In this document: positions 9,114-17,546 of the stretch, one piece after another
How the letters are laid out: every line of letters starts with the position of its first letter
How positions within the stretch are numbered: the first letter of the stretch is position 1
Assembly: GCA_965221125.1 (NCBI GenBank)
Contig: CBDCRW010000002.1
Span: 128,001 to 192,000, forward strand
Length of the DNA stretch: 64,000 bases
Direction: 5' to 3'
From: Alphaproteobacteria bacterium
GTDB lineage: Bacteria; Pseudomonadota; Alphaproteobacteria; UBA828
Position numbers and translations under genes: made by a program
Notes under the pieces: model-generated
Databases searched by the model: none
Told to the model about the DNA's origin: nothing
Seen by the model: the letters and a program-made list of their open reading frames with translations, nothing else

Positions 9114-11102
9114 TCAGGCAGGGGCGGTATCGCCCGGCTCGCCATCGTAGCGCAGCACGATGCACGTGATGTCGTCGGACTGCTCCGCGCCGGCGACGAA
9201 TTCGACCACCGCGCTGGTCACGTTCGTGAGCACGGCGTCGACGGGCAGCGCGTGGCCATCGGCAAGAACCGCCTCCAGACGGGCCTCGGTGAACTCCTCC
9301 TCGTCGGCGTTCATGGCCTCGGTGATGCCGTCGGTGTAGAGGAACATCGTGTCCCCCGGCGCCAGCGTCGTCTTGTCTTCGCTGTAGGGCAGTCCGGGCA
9401 TGACGCCGACGGCCATGCCGCCCGTCATCGGCAGCGCCAGGACGTCGCCGGGGCGCTTGACGACGAACGGCGGGTTGTGCCCGGCATTGGCGTAGACGAA
9501 CTCGCCTGTCTTGGGGTCCAGGATTCCGTAGAAGAGCGTGACGAACAGGTCTTGCGGGTTCTGCTCGCAGATCGCGTCGTTGACCTCCTCCAGGCAGGGG
9601 CCAGGATCGGGATGCCGGGCCGCAGCCGCGCGCATGACGGTGCGCGCGATCGCCATGAAGAAGGCCGCCGGCACGCCCTTGCCGGAGACGTCCGCCATGA
9701 CCACGCTGAGCCGGCCGTCGTCGAGCATGAAGAAGTCGTAGAAGTCGCCGCCCATCTCGCGTGCCGGAGTCATGAGCGCGTGCCCTGAGAAGGACGGGCT
9801 GTCCGGCAGCGTCTTGGGCAGGATCGCGCCCTGCAGGGCGTGCGCGATCTTGAGCTCCGACTCCATGCGCTCCTTCGCCCGTTCGAGCTGCGCGTTGGAT
9901 TCCTCCAGGTCCCGCGTGCGCGCGCGCACCATGCTCTCCAGGTATTCCTCGCGCGCCTGCACCTGGCGCACCATGTTCTGGAACACGCGGACCAGGGTGC
10001 CGAGCTCGTCCCGCCGGCCGGCGACGGGATCGAGGGTCTCCGGCGCGAAGCTGAGCGTGTCGGTGTCTACCTCCGCCGCCGCCGTGGTCAGCGCCGTGAC
10101 CGGCTGCACGATGCGGCGCGCCGAGATGGCGGCGATGATCGAGCCGATGGCGAAGGCCGCCGCCGCGACGATGAGGCCGTACTTCACGTGGTCCGCGAAC
10201 AGCCGGTCCAGGTGGTCGCGCCCCATGTGGAGCACCGCGGCCCCGGTGGCGACGCCGCCGCGGTCGAGAATCGGCGCCGCCACGTGAAGGGCGCGCTCGC
10301 CCAGGTAGGACATGGAACCGTCGATGCCGAGCGCGCGCGTGGCGAGATCCTCGTCTTCGGCCGAGAGGGACGCGTCCGTTATGGGGTCGTCCGGGCCCGC
10401 GAACGCAGCCATGCCGATCAGGTCGAGCAGGTCGTTGACGACCCAGATCGCCTGGATCGCCTCGCGCCCGGCCAGCGACTCCAGCGCCGCCTCGATGCCG
10501 ATGATCTCGCCGGGGCCGCCGGTCTCGGCCGCCAGCGTGCCGACCAGGACGGATTCGCGACTGCTGGCGCGAACGCCTACGTACCGCATGGGCTTTTCCC
10601 ACCCGCTTGGCGGGATCGACTGGAACGTGATCGAGAAGCGCCGGCCGGAGACCAGCGCCTCCACGACACGGGAATCGATGCCGGCGGACGCGAGATCCGA
10701 GGGCCTGTCCTCGCTCAGCCCGCCGACCGCCCGCAGCTCCGGCTTGCCGTCCTCGTCCAGCAGCCAGATGTCGTCGACGGCGCTATCTGCCGTCAGCTTC
10801 GCGAAATAGGCGCCGAGGGCTTCTTCGCTGAGCTCCTCCTCGTGGTCGCGGCTTTCGAGATGGCGGGCGATCGCCAGCGCCTGCGCCTCCATCTGGCGGA
10901 CGATCATGCGGTCTATCTCGTCGGCGGTGAGCTCCGCCCGGTTGGCTTCGCTCGCGATCAACCCGGCGACGAGCCGGGCCTGGTCCTCGGCCTGCTCGAT
11001 CAGCGCGTCGCGCGCAAGAAAACCCATCGCCAGCGAAACGCCGACGATGGCCACGCCGACCGACGCGGCAACCGTGATGATCAGGCGTCTCGAGAGGGTC
11101 AA
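9114..11102 (-). CDS. Membrane sensor PP2C/SpoIIE (RsbU/SiaA-like) protein phosphatase with HAMP domain
   Basis: Two TM segments around a periplasmic region; HAMP (RRDELGTLVRVFQNM); coiled coil; GGDFYD, ADVSGKG, NAGHNPP, YTDGITEA and DDIT motifs. Confidence 0.92.
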   Translation of the reverse strand: MTLSRRLIITVAASVGVAIVGVSLAMGFLARDALIEQAEDQARLVAGLIASEANRAELTADEIDRMIVRQMEAQALAIARHLESRDHEEELSEEALGAYFAKLTADSAVDDIWLLDEDGKPELRAVGGLSEDRPSDLASAGIDSRVVEALVSGRRFSITFQSIPPSGWEKPMRYVGVRASSRESVLVGTLAAETGGPGEIIGIEAALESLAGREAIQAIWVVNDLLDLIGMAAFAGPDDPITDASLSAEDEDLATRALGIDGSMSYLGERALHVAAPILDRGGVATGAAVLHMGRDHLDRLFADHVKYGLIVAAAAFAIGSIIAAISARRIVQPVTALTTAAAEVDTDTLSFAPETLDPVAGRRDELGTLVRVFQNMVRQVQAREEYLESMVRARTRDLEESNAQLERAKERMESELKIAHALQGAILPKTLPDSPSFSGHALMTPAREMGGDFYDFFMLDDGRLSVVMADVSGKGVPAAFFMAIARTVMRAAAARHPDPGPCLEEVNDAICEQNPQDLFVTLFYGILDPKTGEFVYANAGHNPPFVVKRPGDVLALPMTGGMAVGVMPGLPYSEDKTTLAPGDTMFLYTDGITEAMNADEEEFTEARLEAVLADGHALPVDAVLTNVTSAVVEFVAGAEQSDDITCIVLRYDGEPGDTAPA

Positions 11103-11157
11103 CGGCGGTGTCCGGCAGTGGTGTACGCCCGATGCGAGCCTCGGGCGCGGGGCGCTG

Positions 11158-11835
11158 TCACGGCAGCGGAGCCCCGGTTATATCGGTCGTCTCTTCCAGC
11201 GGCCGATGCACGCGCCGCCTGATGTGTCTGCTCAGCCAGTTCATTCCGAGCGTCAGCAGGATGCTGAAGCCGAGGAACCAGATCATAGCCCAGAGATAGA
11301 CCCAAAGCGCCAGCCCGATCTCGTCGACGGCGCCGATGACCGTATCCGCGCGCCGCACGAGCTCCGGCACGCCGATCACCGAGGCGGTGCTGGAGGCCAT
11401 GACGATGATCAGGAAGTAGCTGGTCCAGGCCGGCACGAAGAGCAGCGCCTCCGGCATCTCCTGGCGGCGCATGTGGCGGATCGCGGCGAGCGCGTTGTCC
11501 GACACGTAGCCGGCGACCGCGATGCCGAGCGCGAGCGATGCCTTGATCCAGGCCGGGAAGGTCGCGGAGGCGCCGAAGAGCGTGAACTCGGTGGGGATGA
11601 TGTAGGCCAGGTAGAACAGCATCACGAAGGTCGGCGCGTTGCGGGCCAGCGTCGTGAGCCCGCTGCCGCCGTGCCTCACGCCCCAGTTGGCGCCGCCCCG
11701 CAGCAGCGCGAGCACGACGCCCACGACCGTCCCGATCGCCATGGCGAGCAGGGAGACGATGATGTTCCAGCCGAAGCCCTCCGCCAGGAAGGGCGACCAG
11801 ACCCAAAGGACGTCGATCGTCTCCCCCGCCGTCAT
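11158..11835 (-). CDS. Polar amino acid ABC-type permease (HisM-like), EAA loop apparently missing
   Basis: RNAPTFV and SSTASVIGVPELV motifs; several TM helices; ATGA overlap with the upstream gene. Confidence 0.8.
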   Translation of the reverse strand: MTAGETIDVLWVWSPFLAEGFGWNIIVSLLAMAIGTVVGVVLALLRGGANWGVRHGGSGLTTLARNAPTFVMLFYLAYIIPTEFTLFGASATFPAWIKASLALGIAVAGYVSDNALAAIRHMRRQEMPEALLFVPAWTSYFLIIVMASSTASVIGVPELVRRADTVIGAVDEIGLALWVYLWAMIWFLGFSILLTLGMNWLSRHIRRRVHRPLEETTDITGAPLP

Positions 11836-13433
11836 CGTGTCGTGGCCCTGCCCCGCTCGAACCGGCGGAAGAGCTGCACGGTGATGATGACCAGAACGAA
11901 GTAGCAGATGAGGAGAAGGTTCATCATGACGTCGGCATTGCCCTTCTCCGCCACGATCGACGTGCTGGCGTGCACCAGCTCGGGCAGGGCGAGCGTGCTG
12001 GCCATGCCGGTGGCCTTCACGATATTAGCGGAGTTGCCCATGATCGCGGCGTAGCAGAGCCTGAACGCCCGATTGATGTCGCGCGGCACGAATTTCAGCT
12101 TGTGGCTGCCGGTGGCGGCGACATCGGCCGCCAGCGAGAACGCGATCGCATTGCTCGAGGCGGCATAGAGCGACAGCACCACGGCGGCGACCAGGAAGGC
12201 GTCGAGCGTGAACCCGAGCGACAGCAGCACGCCGCCGAGGCCGAAGAACACGATGTAGAGCTGGAGCAACGGGGGAGTCATGCGCAGGAACTCGCTGAAC
12301 GCCCGCAGGAAGTGGCTGACCCCCGGCACGCGGCGGTGCATCAGCCAGCCGAAGATCACCCCCAGCAGGATGCTGCCGAAGACCGTGATGGCCGAGAGCG
12401 CCGCGGTGAGCGCGAGGCCGTAGAGGAAAACGCTGCGGTCGAGCGGGTCGTAGAGGATGCTGATGTCGAGGCCCGTCACCTCCATGATCGTCAGCGAGAA
12501 GCCCGAAAGGCCGCCGATGCCGCTGCCGGTGACGAGGGCCACCACCCGGCATTCGAGCGGCCACTGGCCCTGCTCGTTTCGCCGGCACTTCGGCTCCCCG
12601 GCTTCGTCGGTCTCCTGCCAGGTCGTCCGCGCGTCACGCAGGAAGGGCGAGGGCGGCAGCTCCCACTTCTTCTCCAGCGATTGCAGGAAGCCGTCGCGAT
12701 GCCACCCCGCCAGCGTGTCGCCCATGAGCCGGTCGAGCGCGCCGCCGCCTTCCTCCTTGGCGATGGCGACGGCCCAGGGCAGCACGAAGCGCGTCGGCAG
12801 CGAGACGCTGAAGCCATCCCACTCGCCGGATTCCAGTTCGTGGAGGAGGAGGACCTCGTCGTAGATCCAGCCGACGCAGTGCTCGTTGCGCAGCCCCTGG
12901 CTGGCCTCGCGGGTGCTGTTGAAGGCGGTCACGTCGAGCAGCAGCCGCTGCTTGGCGAGCCGGTTCCAGAGCGAGCCCTGAAGCCCGCAGACGGTCTGCC
13001 CGCGCAGGTCGGCCCAGGTGCCGATCCTGGCGCTGTCCCGCAGCAGCACGTTGGCCCCGTCGCCGTAGTATTGCGGCTCGATCATGGTGACCAGCTCGCG
13101 GCGGCTGCGGGTGTCGCCCATGGTGGCGGCGACGATGTCGATCTCGCCCTGCTGCACCTTCTGCAGCCGGTTGGCGCTGGTGACCGGCTCCAGCCGGAGC
13201 TCGACGCCGATCGCCTCCGCGAAGCCGCGCGCCACGTCCACGTCGTAGCCGACCAGCGTGCCCTCGGCGTCGCGAAAGCCGAAGGGCGCGTAGTCCTCCT
13301 TCACGCCGACGGTGACGTAGCCGCGCTCCTGGATCTCCTGCAGCCGGTCGGCAAGCGCAGGCGAGGCCAGGCCCGCCCAGGCGACGAGGGCGATGGCGCC
13401 GAGCAGGCGCCAGGGCGGGAATCGCAAGCTCAT
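11832..13433 (-). CDS. Fusion of amino acid substrate-binding domain and ABC-type permease
   Basis: Signal peptide; GVKEDYAPFGF, GYDVDVA and TSANR of SBP family 3; C-terminal TM domain with RMTPPLLQL. Confidence 0.85.
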   Translation of the reverse strand: MSLRFPPWRLLGAIALVAWAGLASPALADRLQEIQERGYVTVGVKEDYAPFGFRDAEGTLVGYDVDVARGFAEAIGVELRLEPVTSANRLQKVQQGEIDIVAATMGDTRSRRELVTMIEPQYYGDGANVLLRDSARIGTWADLRGQTVCGLQGSLWNRLAKQRLLLDVTAFNSTREASQGLRNEHCVGWIYDEVLLLHELESGEWDGFSVSLPTRFVLPWAVAIAKEEGGGALDRLMGDTLAGWHRDGFLQSLEKKWELPPSPFLRDARTTWQETDEAGEPKCRRNEQGQWPLECRVVALVTGSGIGGLSGFSLTIMEVTGLDISILYDPLDRSVFLYGLALTAALSAITVFGSILLGVIFGWLMHRRVPGVSHFLRAFSEFLRMTPPLLQLYIVFFGLGGVLLSLGFTLDAFLVAAVVLSLYAASSNAIAFSLAADVAATGSHKLKFVPRDINRAFRLCYAAIMGNSANIVKATGMASTLALPELVHASTSIVAEKGNADVMMNLLLICYFVLVIITVQLFRRFERGRATTR

Positions 13434-13886
13434 GCGGCCGACCGCGCCTCGGGCGCGGAGACAACGGGTTCGACGGCATGGCCGCTGCCCGCGGCAGTCG
13501 AGCGACGGGATGGTGGAACGGGAGCGCGCCTGCGCATCAATCCGCCCCGGCCGTGGCGGCACGAGCCCCGGAGGCCAGGCAAGATGCCACGGCCGCATTG
13601 CGTCGGAGGTCGATGATCGTCGCGTGAATCATCGTTGCCACTCTTCTTGACGCGAACCGGAAACAGGGTTCTGCGCAACGGAACGCTCGCCCTCCCGGCC
13701 ATCGCCGCGGTGCCGTCGGCCGCGGCAACGAAGAATCCTATCCGATATGGACATAGGACGAAATAGAGTATCGTGCCGCACGGGTGGAACCAGTTTCTGC
13801 CGTCATTCCATGCGTCGCCGTGCCGCAGGGGGTCGGCGCGCGCGCATCGCGGCCCGCGGGAAGGACGGCAGACCGTCGGGGGAAGA

Positions 13887-14831
13887 ATGACCGGCTTCAG
13901 TCATCGTCTGCACCTCGCTCTGCCGCGACGTCGGGCGCTGCCGCGCTACGGGGGCGCCCTGCTTGCGCTCGTCATGCTGGCGTCGGGCGCGCCGCACCCG
14001 GCGCCGCCGGCACACGCCGCCGCCGACGGCGTGCTCGCCAGGATCGAGGCGGACGGCGTGATTCGCGCCGGCACCCGGGCGAGCGCGCCGCCCTTCGCCC
14101 GGAAGCTCGAAACCGGCGGCTTCGAAGGCTTTTCGGTCGACCTGCTGGAGCTGGTCCGGGCCGCGACGCAAGAGAAGGTGGGCCGGCCGGTCGCGCTGGA
14201 GCTGCAAGAGGTGACGCCGGGCGACCGGCTGCAGCGGGTCGCCGCGGGCGAGCTCGACATCGTCTGCGGCATCACCACGCCGACCTGGGATCGCGAGGCC
14301 CTGGTCGACTTCTCCGTGCCCTTCTTCCGCGACGGCACGCGCATCCTGACCTATCGCGAGCATGCCACGGGCGGAGTCGATCTCGGCCGGCTCGACATCG
14401 GGGTGGTCGAAGGCACGACGACCGTGAACATCGTCAACGAAGAGCTGCCGACGGCGAACCTGCATCGGTTCCCCACCATGAAGGACGCGATGAGCGCGCT
14501 TGCGGCTGGCGAGGTGAAGGGCGTCGCCAACATCGGCATCACGCTGCTGGGGCTTGCGGCGAAGGCGGAGCCGCGCCGGAGCGTGGTCCTGCTGCCGCGC
14601 ACCTACGCGCTCGCCATGGAAACCCTGGCCTGCGTGCTGCCGCAGGACGACAGCCCGTGGCGCGATACCGTCAACCGGGTCATCATCGACATGTTCAGCG
14701 GCGTCGAGGACTCCAACAGCCGCTACGACGAGGTCTACGACCGCTGGTTCGGGCGCGACAGCGAAATCTTCTATCCGCTCGACCGTGACAATCGCACCTA
14801 CCTGAGCACGGTATCGATCTGGGCGCGCTGA
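13887..14831 (+). CDS. Amino acid ABC-type substrate-binding protein (GltI-like, family 3)
   Basis: GTRASAPPF, GFSVDL, DIVCGITTPTWDREALVDFS and YDRWFG; N-terminal signal peptide. Confidence 0.85.
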   Translation: MTGFSHRLHLALPRRRALPRYGGALLALVMLASGAPHPAPPAHAAADGVLARIEADGVIRAGTRASAPPFARKLETGGFEGFSVDLLELVRAATQEKVGRPVALELQEVTPGDRLQRVAAGELDIVCGITTPTWDREALVDFSVPFFRDGTRILTYREHATGGVDLGRLDIGVVEGTTTVNIVNEELPTANLHRFPTMKDAMSALAAGEVKGVANIGITLLGLAAKAEPRRSVVLLPRTYALAMETLACVLPQDDSPWRDTVNRVIIDMFSGVEDSNSRYDEVYDRWFGRDSEIFYPLDRDNRTYLSTVSIWAR

Positions 14832-14883
14832 CGGCCTCCGCCGCGGCGCCCCCGCATCCGCCATCCGACGCTAAGCCTGGGTG

Positions 14884-14900
14884 ATGGTATAGTGTAGCCT
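14884..14900 (+). promoter_or_regulatory. Possible Zur box overlapping a -10 element
   Basis: ATGGTATAGTGTAGCCT loosely matches ATGTTATAnTATAACAT and contains TATAGT; lies directly upstream of zur. Confidence 0.3.
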
Positions 14901-14949
14901 GACGCGGCGGCCGCAGGACGTCTCGCGATGCGGCCGGACCGGGGAACGA

Positions 14950-15456
14950 ATGGACGCTCCATCCGCAGACCGGCCCGCCTTCCACGACGGCGGGCACGAG
15001 CACCGGGGCTGCATCGCGGACGCGCTGGCCCGCGCCGAGGCCGTCTGCCGCGAGCGCGGCGCCCGCCTGACCCCCTTGCGGCGCAGGGTGCTGGAGCTGG
15101 TCTGGGAAAGCCATCGGGCGGTCAAGGCCTACGATCTGCTCGCCGCGCTCGGCGACGAGGGCGGCGCGGCCAAGCCGCCGACGGTCTACCGCACCCTCGA
15201 GTTCCTGATGGAGCATGGCCTGGTCCATCGCATCGACAGCCTCAACGCCTTCGTCGGGTGCCCGCAGCCGGACGAGGGCCACAGCGCCCAGTTCCTGATC
15301 TGCGGCGATTGCGGCGAGGTCTCGGAGATGAACGCGGCCAGCATCGACCGCGCGGTCGCCGCTCAGGCGGCCGGCTCGGGCTTTGCGCTCACGCGCACGA
15401 TCGTCGAGCTGCACGGCAAGTGTCCGCAGTGCGCGCCGCGCCCGCAGAGCGGCTGA
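14950..15456 (+). CDS. zur: Zinc uptake regulator (Fur family)
   Basis: RLTPLRRRVLEL, KPPTVYRTLEFL and two CxxC motifs; precedes znuCB. Confidence 0.9.
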   Translation: MDAPSADRPAFHDGGHEHRGCIADALARAEAVCRERGARLTPLRRRVLELVWESHRAVKAYDLLAALGDEGGAAKPPTVYRTLEFLMEHGLVHRIDSLNAFVGCPQPDEGHSAQFLICGDCGEVSEMNAASIDRAVAAQAAGSGFALTRTIVELHGKCPQCAPRPQSG

Positions 15457-16295
15457 GCCGGCAGCCCGCCGCGCCCGGGCCGCTGCTTGCCTCGGGCCGC
15501 GACCTGGTGGTGCGCTACGGCGGCCGCGCGGTGCTGGACCGGGTCTCGATCGAGGTCCGCCGCCAGGAGGTGGTAAGCCTGATCGGGCCGAACGGCGCGG
15601 GCAAGACCACCGCGGTGCGCGCGCTGCTCGGCCTCATCAGGCCCGATTCCGGCGCCGTCCACCACGAGCCCGGCATCGCGGTGGGCTACGTTCCCCAGCG
15701 CTTCGAGCAGCAGGAGCTTCTGCCGCTCAGCGTGCGCCGCTTCGTGGCGATGGCGAGGCGGCGCGCCAGCGGCGATGCTGCCGCTGTGCTTCAGGAGGTG
15801 GGGGCGGCGGCGGCCATCGACCGCCAGCTCAGCAGCCTCTCCGGCGGCGAGTTCAGGCGGGTGCTGCTCGCCCGCGCCCTGTTGCGCGACCCCGACCTGC
15901 TGGTGCTCGACGAGCCGATCCAGCAGGTCGACTTCGCCGGCCAGATGGCCATGCACCAGCTGATCGGCCACCTGCGGGACCGCCGCGGCTGCGGCGTGCT
16001 GGTCATCTCCCACGACCTTCACCTCGTCCTCGGCGCGACCGACCGCGTGATCTGCATCAACGGGCACGTCTGCTGCGCGGGCGAGCCGGAGGCGGTGAGC
16101 CGGCATCCCGAGTACGTCGCGCTGTTCGGCCCCCATGCGGCTGCGGCGGTGGCGGTCTACACCCACCACCACGACCACAGTCATGGCCTTCCCGTCTCCG
16201 TGGCCGCGATGGAGCCCGGCCTGCCGGACGGCGGACCACCGTCCGGCGACGGACCTGCGTCCGGTGACGGACCTGCGTCCGGCGAGGCCGGCTGA
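15453..16295 (+). CDS. znuC: Zinc ABC transporter ATP-binding protein (start uncertain, possibly CTG)
   Basis: GPNGAGKTT, LSGGE, LDEP, SHDLHLV, HVCC and a YTHHHDHSH tail. Confidence 0.9.
   Translation: MSRQPAAPGPLLASGRDLVVRYGGRAVLDRVSIEVRRQEVVSLIGPNGAGKTTAVRALLGLIRPDSGAVHHEPGIAVGYVPQRFEQQELLPLSVRRFVAMARRRASGDAAAVLQEVGAAAAIDRQLSSLSGGEFRRVLLARALLRDPDLLVLDEPIQQVDFAGQMAMHQLIGHLRDRRGCGVLVISHDLHLVLGATDRVICINGHVCCAGEPEAVSRHPEYVALFGPHAAAAVAVYTHHHDHSHGLPVSVAAMEPGLPDGGPPSGDGPASGDGPASGEAG
16243..16286 (+). repeat. 18-bp tandem duplication encoding (SGDGPA)x2 in the ZnuC tail
   Basis: CCGGYGACGGACCTGCGT twice plus a partial third copy. Confidence 0.8.
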
Positions 16296-16302
16296 GCGCG
16301 CA

Positions 16303-17136
16303 GTGCTCGACGACTTCTTCGCGCGCGCGCTCGCCGGCGGCATCGGCGTGGCGATCGCCACCGGGCCGCTCGGCTGCTTCATGGTCTGGCGGCGCATGGC
16401 CTACTTCGGCGATTCGGTCGCCCACAGCGCGCTGCTCGGCGTCGTGCTGGGCGTCGGCCTCGGCATCGAACCCAACGCCGGCATCCTCATCATGTGCGTG
16501 GCCCTCGCCCTGCTGCTCCTGCTCCTCCAGCAGCAGCGCCGCCTCGCCACCGATACGCTGCTCGGCATCATGGCGCACGGCGCGCTCGCTCTCGGCCTCG
16601 TCGGGATCAGCTTTCTCGAGACCGTGCGGGTGGACCTGATGAGCTACCTGTTCGGCGACATCCTGGCCGTGAGCGGCCGCGACCTGCTCTGGATCTACGG
16701 CGGCGGCGGCGCGGTCCTGCTGGCGACGGCGCTGATCTGGCGGCCGCTGCTGGCCGTCACCGTGCACGAGGAGCTGGCGCGTGCCGAGGGCGTGCGCGTG
16801 CACCTCGTGCGCATCGCCTTCACCCTGCTGATCGCGCTCGCGGTCGCCATCGCCATGAAGATCATCGGGCTGATCCTGATCGTGTCGCTGCTGATCATCC
16901 CGGCGGCGACGGCGCGCCGGCTCGCACGCTCGCCCGAGCAGATGGCCCTGCTCGCGAGCGCGACCGGGGCGGTGGCCGTGGCCGGCGGGCTCCACGGCTC
17001 GCTTGCGTGGGACACGCCGTCCGGTCCCTCCATCGTGGTCGCGGCGCTCGCGCTCTTCGCGCTGGCGCACGGCGGCGCCGCGCTGGCCTCGGCCTTCGCC
17101 GGCCGGATCGTTGATTCGGCACGCGCCAACCACTAG
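16303..17136 (+). CDS. znuB: Zinc ABC transporter permease
   Basis: GPLGCFMVWRRMAYFGDSVAHSALLG, YLFGDIL and DTPSGPSIV. Confidence 0.92.
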   Translation: MLDDFFARALAGGIGVAIATGPLGCFMVWRRMAYFGDSVAHSALLGVVLGVGLGIEPNAGILIMCVALALLLLLLQQQRRLATDTLLGIMAHGALALGLVGISFLETVRVDLMSYLFGDILAVSGRDLLWIYGGGGAVLLATALIWRPLLAVTVHEELARAEGVRVHLVRIAFTLLIALAVAIAMKIIGLILIVSLLIIPAATARRLARSPEQMALLASATGAVAVAGGLHGSLAWDTPSGPSIVVAALALFALAHGGAALASAFAGRIVDSARANH

Positions 17137-17165
17137 CTTCGCGCTCTCGCGCAAGGAGAACGCAG

Positions 17166-17546
17166 ATGGCTGCGAGCGGTGAGGTGGCCCGGCAGGTGAT
17201 CGAGCGGCTGCGTTTCGACGATGCCGGCCTCATCCCCGCGATCGCGCAGTCGCACGAGACCCGCGAGGTGCTGATGCTCGCGTGGATGAACGCCGACTCG
17301 GTGCGGGAGACGCTCGCCACCGGCCGGGTCTGCTACTGGTCCCGCTCGCGCCAGCGGCTATGGCGCAAGGGCGAGAGCTCGGGCCACACGCAGCGGCTGG
17401 TCGAGATGCGCTTCGACTGCGACAGCGACGCTCTGCTCCTGCTGGTCGACCAGACCGGCCCCGCCTGCCACACCAACCGCCCGGCCTGCTTCTACCACGC
17501 CGTGCAGGACGGCGAGATCCGCGTGATCGCGGAGCCGGTCAGCTAG
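17166..17546 (+). CDS. hisI: Phosphoribosyl-AMP cyclohydrolase
   Basis: WSRSRQRLWRKGESSGH, DCDSD and ACHTNRPACF. Confidence 0.95.
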   Translation: MAASGEVARQVIERLRFDDAGLIPAIAQSHETREVLMLAWMNADSVRETLATGRVCYWSRSRQRLWRKGESSGHTQRLVEMRFDCDSDALLLLVDQTGPACHTNRPACFYHAVQDGEIRVIAEPVS

